Assembly: GCF_035594765.1 (NCBI RefSeq) | Contig: NC_085841.1 | Span: 210,498,155 to 210,562,154 of the forward strand | Reading direction: 5' to 3' | Length of the DNA: 64,000 nt | From: Anolis carolinensis | Taxonomy: Eukaryota | In this document: piece by piece, positions 25,744 to 39,273 of the stretch | Numbering within the stretch: the first letter of the stretch is position 1 | How the letters are laid out: the number at the start of each line of letters is the position of its first letter | Program-made: the position numbers and the translations under genes | Notes under the pieces: model-generated | The model's input: the letters and a program-made list of their open reading frames with translations, nothing else | Told to the model about the DNA's origin: nothing | Databases searched by the model: none

Positions 25744-27891
25744 CTAGCTGTGCCCGGCCACGCGTTGCTGTGGCGAAGTATGGTGGTATGGGAAATAAAG
25801 TATTGAGGAATTGGTGGTAGTTAAGGTCAAGGGTAAAGGTTTTCCCCAGACATTAAGTCCAGTCGTGTCTTACTCTGGAGGTTGGTACTCATCTCCATTT
25901 CTAAGCCGAAGAGCCGGCATTGTCCGTAGACTCCTCCAAGGTCATGTGGGATGACTACATGGAGCGGCGTTACCTTCCCGCCGGAGCAGTACCTATTGAT
26001 GCACTCACATTTGCATGTTTTCGAACTTCTGGGTTGGCAGAAGCTGGAGTTAACAGTGGGGGCTCTCTCCGCTCCCCCAATTCAAACCTGTGGCCTTTCA
26101 GTCCAGAAGTTCAGCAGTTCAGCGCTTTAACACGCTGCGCCATCAGGGGATATTATTTCCTAAAGGTTGTGAATATACAATATTTCTGATTGGTTTTTTT
26201 TGTTTGTTGGAGGCAAGTATGAATGCTGCAATTAGGAAAAATGATTAGGATGTAATGGCCTTGCAGCTTTAAAGCCTGGCTGTTTCCTCCCTGAGTGAAT
26301 TTTTTGTTGGGAGGTGTTAGCTGGCCCTGATTGTTTCCTGTCTGGAATTACCTTGTTTTCAGAGTGGTGTTGTTTGCGATATTTTATGTGCTTCTACTGT
26401 CTGTGGCCCTGAGAAAACAGAGGATTTTCCAGACTTTGATGATGGGAATACTTTGTTGGGAGGTGTTAGCTGGCCCTGATTGTTTCCTGTCTGGAATACC
26501 CTTGTTTTCAGAGTGATGTTGTTTGCGATATTTTATGTGCTTCTACTGTCTGTGGCCCTGAGAAAACAGGATTTGCCAGACTTTGATGATGGAATACTTT
26601 GTTGGGAGGTGTTAGCTGGCCCTGATTGTTTCCTGTGTGGAATTCCCCTGTTTATTTACTGTCCTGGTTTTAGAGATTATATTGTTCTGCATTATTCTAT
26701 CCCAGTAATTATTTCATATTAAAGAAGAATCTCACTTATCCAACATTCGCTTATACAATGTTCTGGATTATCCAACGCAGTCTGCCTTTTCATAATCAAT
26801 GTTTTTGTAGTCAGTGTTTTAAATTCATTGTGATATTTTAGTGGTAAATTTGTAAATACAGTACAGTAGAGTCTCACTTATACAACATAAACGGGCCGGC
26901 AGAACGTTGGATAAGCGAATATGTTGGATAATGAGGAATTAAGGATAACCCTATTAAACATCAAATTAAGTTATGATTTTACAAATTAAGCACCAAAACA
27001 TCATGTTAGACAACAAATTTGTCAGAAAAAGTAGTTCAGTACACAGTAATGCTATATAGTAATTACTGTATTTATGAATTTAGCACCAAAATATCACGAT
27101 ATATTGAAAGCATTGACTACAAAAATGCGTTGGATAATCCAGAACGTTGGATAAGCGAGTGTTGGATAAGTGAGACTCTACTGTAATTACAACATAGCAT
27201 TACTGCGCATGGAACTACTTTTTCTGTCAAATTTGTTGTATAATATGATGTTTTGGTGCTTAATTTGTATAACGATTACCTAATTTGATGTTTAATTGGC
27301 TTTTCCTGAATCCCTTCTTATTATCCAACATATTCACTTATCCTGCCGGCCTGTTTACGTTGGATAAGTGAGACTCTACTGTATATTTCTAATCTTATAT
27401 TATCTGCTCAGAACTGGATTATCTGAGGCCCCTTCTTCACAGCTGTATAAAATGCACACTGAAGTGGATTATATGGTAGTGCGGAGTCAAGATAATCCAG
27501 TGCAAAGCAGATAATATAAGATTATAAATGGGTTATATAGCTGTGTGGAAGGGCCTTGAGTCTACACTGCCATATAATCCAGTGCAAATTAGATAATCTG
27601 TGGAAGAAGTCTAAGTGAGGCCTAAATGGGCCTGTCCCCTAACTGAAACCTGGCTGTCCCTTGGTTGCTAGGCAACCAAGTGGGCAGAGATTAGCCCTCT
27701 AAACTGGCAGCAATTAGATTAAAAAATATATTGCTCTCCCTTTAATTAGGACTTTATTTTTCTTTTCTTTTTGTTGTATCAACCTTGAGGCGTGGATTAT
27801 GGGTTGTGTTGTCAAATTTTGAGGTTGGGGGGCCTGTACTTTTGTTGTTTTGTGAATTGCTGTGATGCCATCACTCTTTTATATATATAGA
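25744..27891 (-). mobile_element. Non-autonomous mosaic Helitron H2
   Basis: A|TCTATATATATAAAAG start, GCCACAGCAACGCGTGGC hairpin and CTAG end. Contains Sauria SINE, Penelope and mariner MITE fragments. Confidence 0.88.
26864..27183. mobile_element. Tc1/mariner MITE nested in H2
   Basis: Perfect TIRs and TA TSD. The equivalent site is empty in H4 (about 61615). Confidence 0.92.
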
Positions 27892-30361
27892 TGGGGCTAC
27901 CTGACAGGATGAAGAGTGATCTTCACCCCATACTGTGGTCACTTGACTCAGCTTTCACTCTTTTGTTTTTTCTCATATAATTCAGTCATAGAAATAAATC
28001 CCTCCAAGACAACCTTACACATCCAATAAAAACATAAAACCCAGAATACGAAAATATCAAGTCAAAAATCCACCATCATCATCATCATAATTCTACAGGG
28101 TGGTTGATGTTAGATGCAGGGTATGTGTTATTTCATAAACAAAAATAAGAGCCTCAGAGAAGTCAAACATTATTCAGGGCACTTAGGACAACTATTAGAG
28201 ACCTCTCATTATATAGATTATGCCTTCCCTATTTGTGCAATGGAGAGGATATCCTCTCTTGATGTGTTACACCGCCATCATGTTCCTTTGGTGCCCTAAG
28301 TGAATCAATATCATGTTCCTCTACCTAACTCAGGTGAATTTTTGTAGTTTTATAACAAAAACAGGAGTAATAGCCTAAGTACATCAAAAGAAGACCTGTT
28401 GACCTTCTGGTACTTGTCAAAGGTGGAAAAAGTCCCTGCTCCCATGTCACATGTGACAGTCACATAGCAAGTTGACCACCCATGGTGTTAAATGGACCGG
28501 TGATCTCATCAAGCGGGCATATTCTCATGACCACACACATTGATGGAAGTATCAGAAAGATAATTTAGTTTGGATGTTATTAGAGGTCCCAGAGAGTCTG
28601 AAATTGAACAGAACCTATCTGGACACTCTTCTCTGTGAACATCAAGTTTTGCTACTAAGTTTAGCATTGTTTATCAGTATCATGCAAATAAAACATATCT
28701 GTGACTTAGTCAACAACTCTATCACATCTTGGCTATTATTTCCCATTACTGACACAATTTATTTTAATTTCCTCAAACCCAATTCACTTTGTATGTCAAA
28801 ATCGCAACATATCTGAGAATTATATCATTTTATCATTCACTGTGGAATGCAAATCAAAGAGACAAGATGGCGATGCTAGTAGTGGTGGTGATGATACTGA
28901 CGACAATGATGATGCTCTAGAAGAAGGTAAGCTGAAAAACCACGGCAAATCAGAATGCTACTATGTATAGGAAGAATGATTACCTGAGGGTATTCTAGTC
29001 TAATAATAACAACATTCAAGTAATAGTGCTTGGGTCATGACAAGCCAGGACCCTGTCCCTAGAGCTCTTTCAGGAAGTTGGCTTGGAGCCATCCTTTCTC
29101 AATAGCAATTGATATTGTGCAGTTTTAACAAGCCCAAAGAAAGGCAGAAGATGTCTCATTTTACACCCTTAAAAATGAATCCCTGAAACTTCCACAGATG
29201 ACTGCCGTATATCTTTTTTTTTAAAGTGAGACAGTAGGATCAGTTAATTTAGCGCTTCACTGAGCAAAAATCTGAATCAGCTGTGATGTACGTGCAGAAC
29301 ACAAACACAGCAAAGTATTATGAACCTATTCATTCATACTCCAAAAGGCTTTCATTGTTGATTAATAAAAGTGTGACTAGATGTAATGCACTATTTTTAA
29401 AAACCAGGATTCCTAACATTTCAAAAACACCACAGGCATTTACTAGATGAAAGATAGCTAGGCAGCATAGCAAAAAGGATTATCAAGAAAGCAAAAATGC
29501 GTATTTACATCGCAATGTTGTTTTTTGGTAAATTTCTTCTGTTCAACACAACCTAAAGAGAAAGCAGAAACTAAATGTGCTGTAGGGTAGTAACACAACT
29601 CAATGAAATAACAAATTTAAAAGCTGGAAAGATCAATTAAAACAAAACGAAAAAACTTACTCCGCAAAAAAAAAAGTCCCACATGGTTAATGTCAAGGGA
29701 ATACAAGTGTCAAACTATTCTATGACATCTGGCAAATTTCAACTTTTAAGAAATGTTTCTATTGACTTGCCTGCATTCTGGTCATAAGGAGGCAAGCATG
29801 TGGCTTGAAAACGTCTACAGAATGTACAGATTTTCTCAGATTTGTACAGATTAACCAAGTTTCAATGTATTTGAAGTGACATCTCTTTATTTTAACAAGA
29901 AGCAAAGTATTCAAAAGATTTAGCATTTAGGTTTTGAAACACATAGTCAAGTATGTTAACCGATTTGCATTAAAGTAAATTATATATTAAACAGCACAAC
30001 TTCTAGCTATGATCCATTTGGCACAATTATTTATATAGAATCTTGTCAATGTCCTTGTTTTAATCTAAATCCATAACTATAAACTTCCCCAAAATGCTAT
30101 CATGAGACTTCCCACCAGAGGTTTTGCTTCTAACTCCCATCACTCTTGGCCATTGCACATGTTGGCTAGGGCTGGAGGAAGCAATAGTATAAAACAGCTG
30201 GAGGGCTACTTTAAACCAAGAAATAACATCTTTGATGGGAAACCATGAAAAAGGCAAATGCGCAGACAGTGGACACTACAGCTAGTATGGAGTTTGGAGT
30301 ATTTCCATTCCAATATAGAAAATCCTCTTAGCATCCTTGAACCCATGCAAAATAGATACCA

Positions 30362-31716
30362 TCTATATAGATATAAATGTAATGTGTGTTTTATTATGGA
30401 GTAAACAACAAAACCACTTAAGCAAATCACACCAAATTTGGCCACAAAAGACATAGTCATTCAAAATATGTCTTTCAAACAAAAAAACCTAAAAAAATAA
30501 AGTCCAAAATAGAGGACAAGGAAAAGCCGTTTTCCCCTAAATGCCAGTTAAAAGGGTATGCCCTGCCCACTTCATCTCCTAGCAACCCATTCAGCAACAA
30601 TAGAGCTCAGGGCTTCTTTACTCAGGCTTTTTACACACTGCCTATAAAATACAGATTATCTGATTTGAACTGGATTATATGGCAGTGTAGACTCAAGGCC
30701 CTTCCACACAGCTATATAACTCAGAATGCCAAGGCAGATAATCCACAGTATCTGCTTTGAACTGGATTATCTTGAGTCCACACTGCCATATAATCCAGTT
30801 CAGTGAGGATTTTATACAGCTGTGTAGAAGGGGCCTCATATAATCCAGTTCTAAGCAGATAATATAAGACTATAAATATAATATATAATAATTACTGTGG
30901 TATAATAATACAGAACAATATAATCTCTAAAATCAGGACAGTAAATAAAGAGCAACACTCTGAAAATGGAAATTCCTGAAAGGAAACAACCAGGGCCAGC
31001 TAACACCTTCCATCAAAGGATTCCCCTGGGCAGGAAGCAGACAGGCGTTGAAGTTGCAAGGCCATTAAATGTTAAGCAAGGTGGCTAATTGCAGCATTCA
31101 TACTTACCGCACTGAGACTATTAATTGCTATTCAACCTGGCCAATGAAGGATGGCCCTATGTAGAAAGCGGCCAGGCTTTGAAGCAGCGAGGCTATTCAG
31201 TGCAATTCAACCTGGCCAACCAAGATTTCCCCTAGATAGAAAACTCTTAGGTTTTGAAGCCACAAGGCTACTCCGACCCATTCAACCTGGCCAACGAAGG
31301 ATGCCCCTATGTGGAATGCAGCCAGGCTCGCAAGCAGGAAGGCTATTCAGTGCTGTTCAATCTGGCCAACCAAGATTTCCCCTAGATAGAAAACCCTCAG
31401 GTTTGGAAGCCATGAGGTTACTCTGTCCCATTCAACCTGCCCAAGGAAGGATGCCCCTATATAGAAAGCAGCCAGGCTTTGAAGCAGCGAGGCTATTCAA
31501 TGCAATTCAAATTGGCCAAAAAACCATTCCCCTAGAACACAAGTACCCAGCCCTCCAAGCAGAAAGCCTATTCCATTGTATTCCAGCTCAACAAACAAGG
31601 ATTCGCATAAGAAGAAAACAGCCAGGCTTTGAGGCCACAAGGCTATTCACTGCTATTCCACCTGGTCAACAAATGATTTCCATAAGCCACAGCAATGCGT
31701 AGCCGGGCACAGCTAG
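30362..31716 (+). mobile_element. Non-autonomous mosaic Helitron H3 (same subfamily as H1)
   Basis: A|TC start, GCCACAGCAATGCGTAGC hairpin, CTAG|T end, colinear with H1. Confidence 0.88.
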
Positions 31717-32465
31717 TGCCTTAATATCAGTTCTATGTGCATGCAATCATACCTTTGAGGAGTGGTGGTTGAAACTGCTTGAGTCATAAGCCAGCCTTCC
31801 TTCAACAAAGAGGAAATCTAAGCATATCTAACTAAGGCTTTTAGTCTGAGAAGACTCTTCTACTAAAATTTGCTCATTTGGAAATAACATCTAGCAGGGG
31901 TTACTTCTTCTATTATATCAAGTTTGGTTAATTACTTGCATTGTCTTGTTTTATAAGCAGTGGTTGCAGGCATCCGAAAACACCGTTTTATACGTTAGGG
32001 GTTTCATCTCCCACTGTAAATTTACCAATCTAAGTTACAGATATAGATTCCTCAGCATACCTATGGGGAGGGGAAATATATTTAGACAATTACTGTATAT
32101 ACTCAAGTATAAGCCGACCTGAATATAAGACGAGGCACCTAATTTTACCTCAGAAAAATGGGGAAAACTTATTGACTTGAGTATAAGCCAAGGGAGGGAA
32201 ATGCAGCAGCTACTGGTAAATTTCAAAAATAAAAATAAAAATAGATACCAATAAAATTACATTAATGGAGGCATCAGTAGGTTAAGTGTTTTATTTAATA
32301 TTTACATAAAACTGTAATTTAATATACGACTGTCCAGCTCTGATTAAATTATTATTCTAACCTTCTTCAATGTAAATGTGCTTACGCATCCTTCCAATAA
32401 TAATAGAGTAAAATAATAAATGTAAGAATAACAATAGAGTAAAATATTAAATCTAATACTAAGAG

Positions 32466-32468
<3 letters not shown>

Positions 32469-32516
<48 letters not shown>

Positions 32517-34032
32517 TTTATTCTTATACCCCGCCCCATCTCCCCAAAGGGACTCGGGGCGGCTTACATGGGGCCATGCCCAAACACAACAGTATAATAA
32601 CAACAGCAAGACAATAAAACAAATTACTCAATAATAACACATCAGCATCATAAAAGGTCAAGATACAAAATAAAATGTTAAAAAACAGGAGATGAATACA
32701 CGGATATGGGCCAAAGTGCAGAATATTTCAGAGTCGGGGAGAGGTAGTTTCACAGCTAACATAGTCAATAAAGTGCTAATATAATACTGAGAAGGCATAA
32801 CCAGTGAGTCTATTGTTAAGTAGGCAGATACATCGAACCTACAACGATTAATCATCAAAGGCCTTTTGGAAGAGCCAGGTTTTCACGCTCTTCCGGAAGG
32901 AGAGGAGGGTGGGGGCCTACCTGATATCCTTGGGGAGCGAGTTCCAAAGTCGGGGGGCCACAACGGAGAAGGCCCTCTCCCTCGTCCCCACCAACCGCGA
33001 CTGTGAGGGTGGTGGAAGCGAGAGGAGGGCCTCCCCTGACGAGCGAAGAGATCATGCGGGTTCATGGGGGAAATGCGGTCCCTAAGGTAGGTGGGTCCCA
33101 AACCGTTTAGGGCTTTGTAGGTAATAGCCTGCACCCTGAATTGGGCTCGGAAAATAAACGGCAGCCAATGGAGCTCCTTAAACAGAGGTGTTGAATGCGC
33201 CCTGTAATTTGCTCCAGTTAGAAACCTGGCTGCCGAGCGTTGTACTAATTGTAATTTCTGGGCCGTCTTAAAAGGCAGCCCCACGTAGAGCGCATTGCAA
33301 AATCCAGTCTAGAGGTAACTAAGGCATGGACCACCATGGTCAAAGCTGACTTCTTGAGGTATGGTCGCAGCTGGCGCACAAGTTTTAATTGTGCAAAGGC
33401 CTTCCCAGCCACGGCCGACACCTGGGCCTCCAGAGTCAGCCCCAAATCCAGGAGGACCCCCAAGCTGCAGACCTGCGCCTTCAGGGGGAGTGTAACCCCG
33501 TCAAGCACAGGTTGCCATCCAATACCCGTACGACAGACCTGGAGGACCTCTGTCTTGTCAGGATTAAGTCTCAGCTTGTTCACCCTCATCCAGGCCAATA
33601 CAGCAGCCAGACACTGGTCCAGTATCCGAGGGCCTTCCTTGGATTTTGGTGAAAAAGAGTAGTAGAGTTGGGTGTCATCCGCGTAGAGATGGCACCGAAC
33701 TCCAAAACTCCGGATGACCTCTCCCAGCCGTTTCATGTAGATGTTAAAAAGCATGGGGGACAAAATAGAACCTTGCGGGACCCCACAGGTCAATGGCCAG
33801 GGGTCCGAGCAGGAGTCCCCCAGCTTCACCATCTGAGAACGACCCTCCAGGAAGGACTGAAGCCACTGCAGAGCAGTACCCCCAAGGCCCATCCCAGAGA
33901 GCCGTCCCAGAAGGATACCATGGTCGATGGTATTGAAAGCCGCTGAGATGTCCAAGAGAACCAGCAGGGTCACACTCCCCCTGTCCAGCTGTCTGCGGAG
34001 GTCATCCACCAAGGCGACCAAAGCCGTCTTGG
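32469..34032 (-). mobile_element. 5'-truncated L2 LINE with RT domain
   Basis: LLDISAAFNTIDH, GVPQGSILSP, YADDTQLY and LHWLP motifs. One frameshift near 33290 and a (TTA)n tail. Confidence 0.95.
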
Positions 34033-34160
34033 TACTAAGTAAAATGATAAATGTAATAATAATAATAATAATAATAATAATAGAGTAAAATAAATGTAAT
34101 AATAATGATAGAGTAAAATAATAAATGTAATAATGATAATGATAAAATAAAATAATAAAT

Positions 34161-34218
<58 letters not shown>

Positions 34219-34239
34219 GAGTAAAATAAGGTAGGAAGG

Positions 34240-34950
34240 AAGGAGAGAGAGGGGGGAAGCCAGACCAGAGAGGGAAGCAACTGAGCAGATCTCCCAGCCA
34301 GGACTGAAACCAGGAATCAAGGAGGGAGAGATTGAGAAGGAAAGCCAGACCAGAGAGGGAAGCAAGGGAGCAGATTTCCCAGCCAGAACTGAAGGCAGGA
34401 AGGAAGGAGAGAGAGAGAGAGCCAAACCAGAGAGGGAAACAAGGAAGCAGATCTCCCAGTCAGGACTGAAGCCAGGAATCAAGGAATCTCCCAGCCAGGA
34501 CTGAAGCCAGGAATCTAGGAGGGAGGGAGGGAGAAAGAGAGAGTGTTAGAGGAAGCTAGACCAGAGAGGGGAAGCAACAGAGCAGATCTCCCAGCCAGGA
34601 CTGAAGCCAGGAATCAAGGAGAGAAGGAGGGAGGGAGGAGGGAGCGAGAGAGAGAAGAAGTCAGACCAGAAAGGGGAAGCAATGAGCTGATCTCCCAGCC
34701 AGGACAAGCCAGGAATCAAGAGGATAGATTGACAGAGAGAGAGGAAAAGCCAGACCAGAGAGAGAAGCAACTGAGCATATCTCCCAGCCAGGACAGAAGC
34801 CAGGAATCAAGGAGGGAGGGAGAGAGAAAGAGAGAGAGAGAGAGCTAGAGGAAGCTAGACCAGAGAGGGGAAGCAACAGAGCAGATCTCCCAGCAAGGAC
34901 TGGGAAAGCCAGACCAGACTGGGAAGCAATGGAGCAGATCTCCCAGGCAG
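34240..34950. repeat. Purine-rich minisatellite inside the mariner-type element
   Basis: Repeated core AAGCCAGACCAGAGAGGGGAAGCAA...GCAGATCTCCCAGCCAGGACTGAAGCCAGGAATCAAGG separated by GA-rich spacers. Confidence 0.9.
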
Positions 34951-35396
34951 GAAGGAAGGAAAGAAAGCAGACAAGGGCGGGATCAGCCTCCAGACCTCGG
35001 ATCCCAGGCAGCAGCAGCAGCAGGGAGAGGGAGGAAAAGGCACACACGGGGCGAGGCGAGGGAGGAGGAAAGAAGGGAGAGCTAGGTTGCTGAGCAGGGA
35101 GGTGAAAGTCCTGGACAGAAGGCGTGGGGCTGAAAGAAGCCCTTCTTTCAGCACCACGCCTTCCCACCAGAACCCTCACCCGAGTATAAGCTGAGGAGGC
35201 ATTTTTCAGCCTTAAAAAAGGGCTGAAAAACTCAGCTTATTTGCGAGTACATATGGTATATATTAATTTCTCCAAAACAGAAGCTACAACATTGGCTCCA
35301 TTTTCAGCCCTCATAGTAAACTAGGGGAGTTGGGGAGGGAAGTATTTTAAGAAGTATATAGAGCCGGAAAATTTTTTTTGTATTACAAGCCATATA

Positions 35397-35738
35397 CAGT
35401 GTTCCCTCACTACTTCACGGTTCACTTTTCGCGGATTCGCTGTTTTGCGGCTTTTCAATAAACTCTAAAAGACTATTATAAAGAATAAATAATTACAATT
35501 TACAGCCTAAGGAAGGGAGGATGGAGAAGCCGAAGGCAGAGAAAAGGAGCCCAAGCGGCAACGGGAGGAGAAGGAGGCGATTTATCAACACACGATTGGT
35601 TGATAAAGACTTAAAATAGTGTATAACTACTAAAATGATGTATAAATATTAAAATAAATATAGCGTCCTACTTCGCGGATTTTCACTTATTGCGGGTGGT
35701 CCTGGAACCTAACCCTAGCAATAAGGGAGAGAACACTG
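35397..35738. mobile_element. Tigger-like MITE
   Basis: CAGTGTTCCCTC / GAGAGAACACTG termini and TA TSD. Confidence 0.85.
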
Positions 35739-37302
35739 TACTGCGTAATGAAAATGTAGGGGACAAACATCAAATTGCACCTAAGTTTGGTAGCTTTATC
35801 ATCAATACTTGTTTTTATGCCAGACAGCCATTGAAGTGTAGCATCCTTACATATCTAGCCTATATCTCCACAAGTGTGAAATATTTGATTTGATGAATAC
35901 TGTACATTTTACAGGCAGGATTACAGATCCTGTTTGAAGCAGACCGGCAGAGAAGAATGAGCATACATCCTCTCTATTCTTTTTAGCATAAGAGAGTCCC
36001 TGTTTATCAAAACAGTGATGCAAATAAAATTGTTTGTTTTCAAGACTTATCAACATGCATCATTTATGGTACACGCATACAAAAATCCCAAGCACTCCCT
36101 AAGAAATGCTCAATCACTGTCAATCATGTGCACAAAAATATACATAACCGAAAGCATGCAGAGTGAATTGTATTAGATGCAAACTGAACACAAGGTACCT
36201 AACACAACAAACAAAAAAACAAATAATTATAAATCACTCTTGGACCTGTTTACACATTTCGCAAAACTGCTGGATAGTAAGTCACCATAGAAACCCCGCA
36301 GCCTAAGTTCAGCATTTTATAGTTTGCATTTATTTTAAAATGCTGCAAATTATGTCTCTATTTGATAACATTTTTGGTTTTTATTTAAAACCTCCAGATT
36401 GCTTCCTTTGTTTCCTAACCACTGCTCAAAATGATTTTTCCCATCTCAATCACTGATCATTTGCCTTTTAAAATTTTTGATTCAAGCAAAAAAAAAGGTA
36501 TGTTCTATAAAAAAAAAACCAATGTTCTAGCTTTGCTAATGACTATTGCTGACTGAAAACACAAAATGATTTATAAACCAACACATTAATTTTAGCACAG
36601 ATATTTTTTAAAAGATTCAGGTTGGGATGGACAGATGGACTGCTAGATTGAAAGAAACAGGATAAAGCTGGAATCCCATATTGATTTACATGGGAGTAAG
36701 GGATGTCTTTGAAAAGAGATATACAGAACATTAAACATTTTTCTTTGTTCAATGCGAGCTGGATGTGACTATGTGTGCACATTTCTGTCCTATAAATTAT
36801 CTGTTAAACAATCATATTTTAAATATACCACTGTATATCATAAGGTACATGGCAGTTTAATATGGAATAATTTTTTATGTATTTCATAATTTTAATCAGT
36901 AAGATATACTTCACTGATATTTGCACTTAAAACATAACGTTCTCTGTGCGTTTCATTAAATAAATAAGCAGTGGATGTTGTCCATCTTATTCCAATGGAT
37001 CAACAGTATTTTCTTATTCAGACAGCTGTAAGAAAGAAAATGTCTTGAAAATTACATTGAAAGATTATTTTAAAATCACCGACACGTGACACTAGGTAGT
37101 TTTTATTCCCCACTCTTAAATACATGAAAACAGATGAACAAACCAAAAGAATCAAAGAGGCTTTGTAGAACCATATTTCCACTTTGATTAGAAGGACACA
37201 TTGACAATTGGCATGTATATATGAATTTTAATGGATCCTGCTATCAGTGGCAAATGTAAGGCAGCAGGGAAGTGGATAGTAAGGTTTATCTGATGAGAAC
37301 TG

Positions 37303-37441
37303 AGGGCCTTCTACACAACCATATAACCTAGAATATAAAGGCAGATAATCCACAATATCTGCTTTGAATTGGATTATCCGAGTCCACGTTGCCATATAAC
37401 CATGTTCAATGTGGATTTTATACAGATGTGTGGAAGGGGTC
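37303..37441. mobile_element. Short palindromic MITE (free copy of a module also found in the Helitrons)
   Basis: GGCCTTCTACACA...TGTGTGGAAGGGG inverted ends. The same unit recurs at about 25260-25460, 27430-27610, 30630-30840 and 61865-62065. Confidence 0.75.
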
Positions 37442-39202
37442 AGAGTCAGTAATCAGGGCTCCTATTGAAGCGATTAGAGTTATTGATTGTCTGCCAAAGA
37501 AGCCAAAGAAAGATTGGTTGCTTACCTGTAACTATGTTTCTTCGAGTGATCATCTGTGAAATCCGCACATATGGTAGCAATTCTTGTGCATCCGTAGAAG
37601 CTCAGAACCCTATAGCAAGCTCTTTAGCTCTTTAAGGCTATGGCCCCACCCATCTTCCTCAGAGGGTTTATAGGAGATGCGTGGGGTTATAGCCCTAGTT
37701 CGCCATGCAGAGGCAGAGTCACCAAGGCATGACAATTGACGGGGAGGATGGGATGTGCGGATTTCACAGATTACCAAAGAAACAGTTACAGGTAAGCAAC
37801 CAATCTTTCTCCTTCATGGTATCTGTGATATCACACATATGGTAGACCGATGAGCTACATACCTTTGTTGGTGGACATCATGCCACTGCTGAAAAAAGGA
37901 CCGCTCTTCCGAATCACACATGGTGTTTGGAGAGGATATTTAACTTGTAATGAGTAGCAAACGTGGGGGGAGTAGCCCATGTTGCCGCCTTACAAACTTT
38001 TTGAGGGATAGGCCACTGAGGTAAGCAGTCGAAGAAGCCATGGCCCATATAGAATGGCTTTTAATAGTAACTGCCAGATGATAAGCTGTCGGTATTGTAG
38101 ATTTCACCCAGTTTGAGATATGCTGGGAGGAGACTGGGATACCTCAGTACTGCAAAAAGGGTCTTGGAGACTTTCGGATAGGCACTGTCCTATGTAGGGA
38201 AAAGGCCAGGTTTGTAGATGGGTTAGGGAAAAAAGCAAGCAAAATAATATCCTGAGAGATATGAAAAAGTGTAGGCGCCTTTGGGAGAAAGGCAATGTCG
38301 GTACGTAACATGATCTTATCGGCATGGAACCTGATATAATAAGGCTTGTCTGCTGTAAGGGCACATATTTTGCTGGTTCTGCGGGTCGACATAATTGTTA
38401 TCAGAAAAGCGGTCTTCCATGAGAGATAAGACAACTCAGCCATGGCTAATGGCTCAAAGGGCAGTCGCTGTAGAGCAGACAGGATGAAATCGAGTTGCCA
38501 TGCCAGAGGTGGGGGGCTGACTTGAGACCGGATGTTTCTATAGCCCCGTAGAAACAGCTGTACTAGTGGGTCTTGAAAGTATGACAGGAGACCGTCCCTT
38601 TTCCGGTAGCCAGATATGGCCGCTAGGTAACACTTTAAGCCAAACCATCAGCTGCAAGTGAGGCTAAAAGCAGCTAGGTAGAGGCAGACATGGGATCTGT
38701 ATTGTGCCGTGCGAGAAACGTCGTAAAGTGCTTCCACTTAGTGGCATATGAGGCTTTCGTAGAGTCACAATGGGCTGCATTGAGAATAGTTTCTAAGAAA
38801 GATGGTGGCCAGCTTCCCATTTTAGATCTCAGAGGTCTAAACGAGTATATCCGTTCAGACCGGTTTCGTATGGTAACACTCTTCACAATTCTGTCTCTTC
38901 GTCCCCAAGGGATGTGTTTCACCACAATAGACCTCAAGGACACCTATTTTCATGTTGTCATTGCTCCAGAACATCTTGAAAAATATGCTGGGGGGGGGGG
39001 GGAGAAAAATGCAGAGGTACAATCGCTCCCTTCTGCAACAGGGTGCGGACTTCATCCTATAAGACCTGGGCTACAGGACTAGTATGGACATAGCCAACAT
39101 TTGGAAGGGTCTTAAACTCAATGGAATACCCAAGTATCCATAGTAATGGACTGCATTTGGGAAGAAATGGTGCCAAGTGCGCCCCAAAATAGACCACAGG
39201 GG

Positions 39203-39273
39203 TAAAGCCGCCCTGAGTCCCTTCAGGGAGAAGGGCAGGGTAGAAATATCAGAAATAAATAAATAAATAAATA
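39203..39273 (+). mobile_element. SINE/L2 3' tail fragment inserted in DIRS
   Basis: AAGCCGCCCTGAGTCCCTTCAGGGAGAAGGGCAGG followed by (AAAT)n. Confidence 0.75.

Larger units (their letters stand above)
32093..35256. mobile_element. Large Tc1/mariner-type non-autonomous element
   Basis: TIRs CTGTATATACTCAAGTATAAGC / GCTTATTTGCGAGTACATATGG with TA flanks. Carries a nested L2 and internal tandem repeats. Confidence 0.8.

Noticed and set aside
28861-28932. Acidic QDGDASSGGDDTDDNDD stretch ending at AAG|gtaagc
   Set aside because: It looks like a decayed (GAT)n microsatellite with no convincing acceptor.
33970-35179. Long poly-Leu/Tyr and Arg/Glu-rich ORFs
   Set aside because: Translations of (TAA)n and GA-rich minisatellites.
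37441-37493. Imperfect 53-nt hairpin resembling a pre-miRNA
   Set aside because: The stem is short and bulged with a large loop, lies between two TEs and has no recognised mature sequence.
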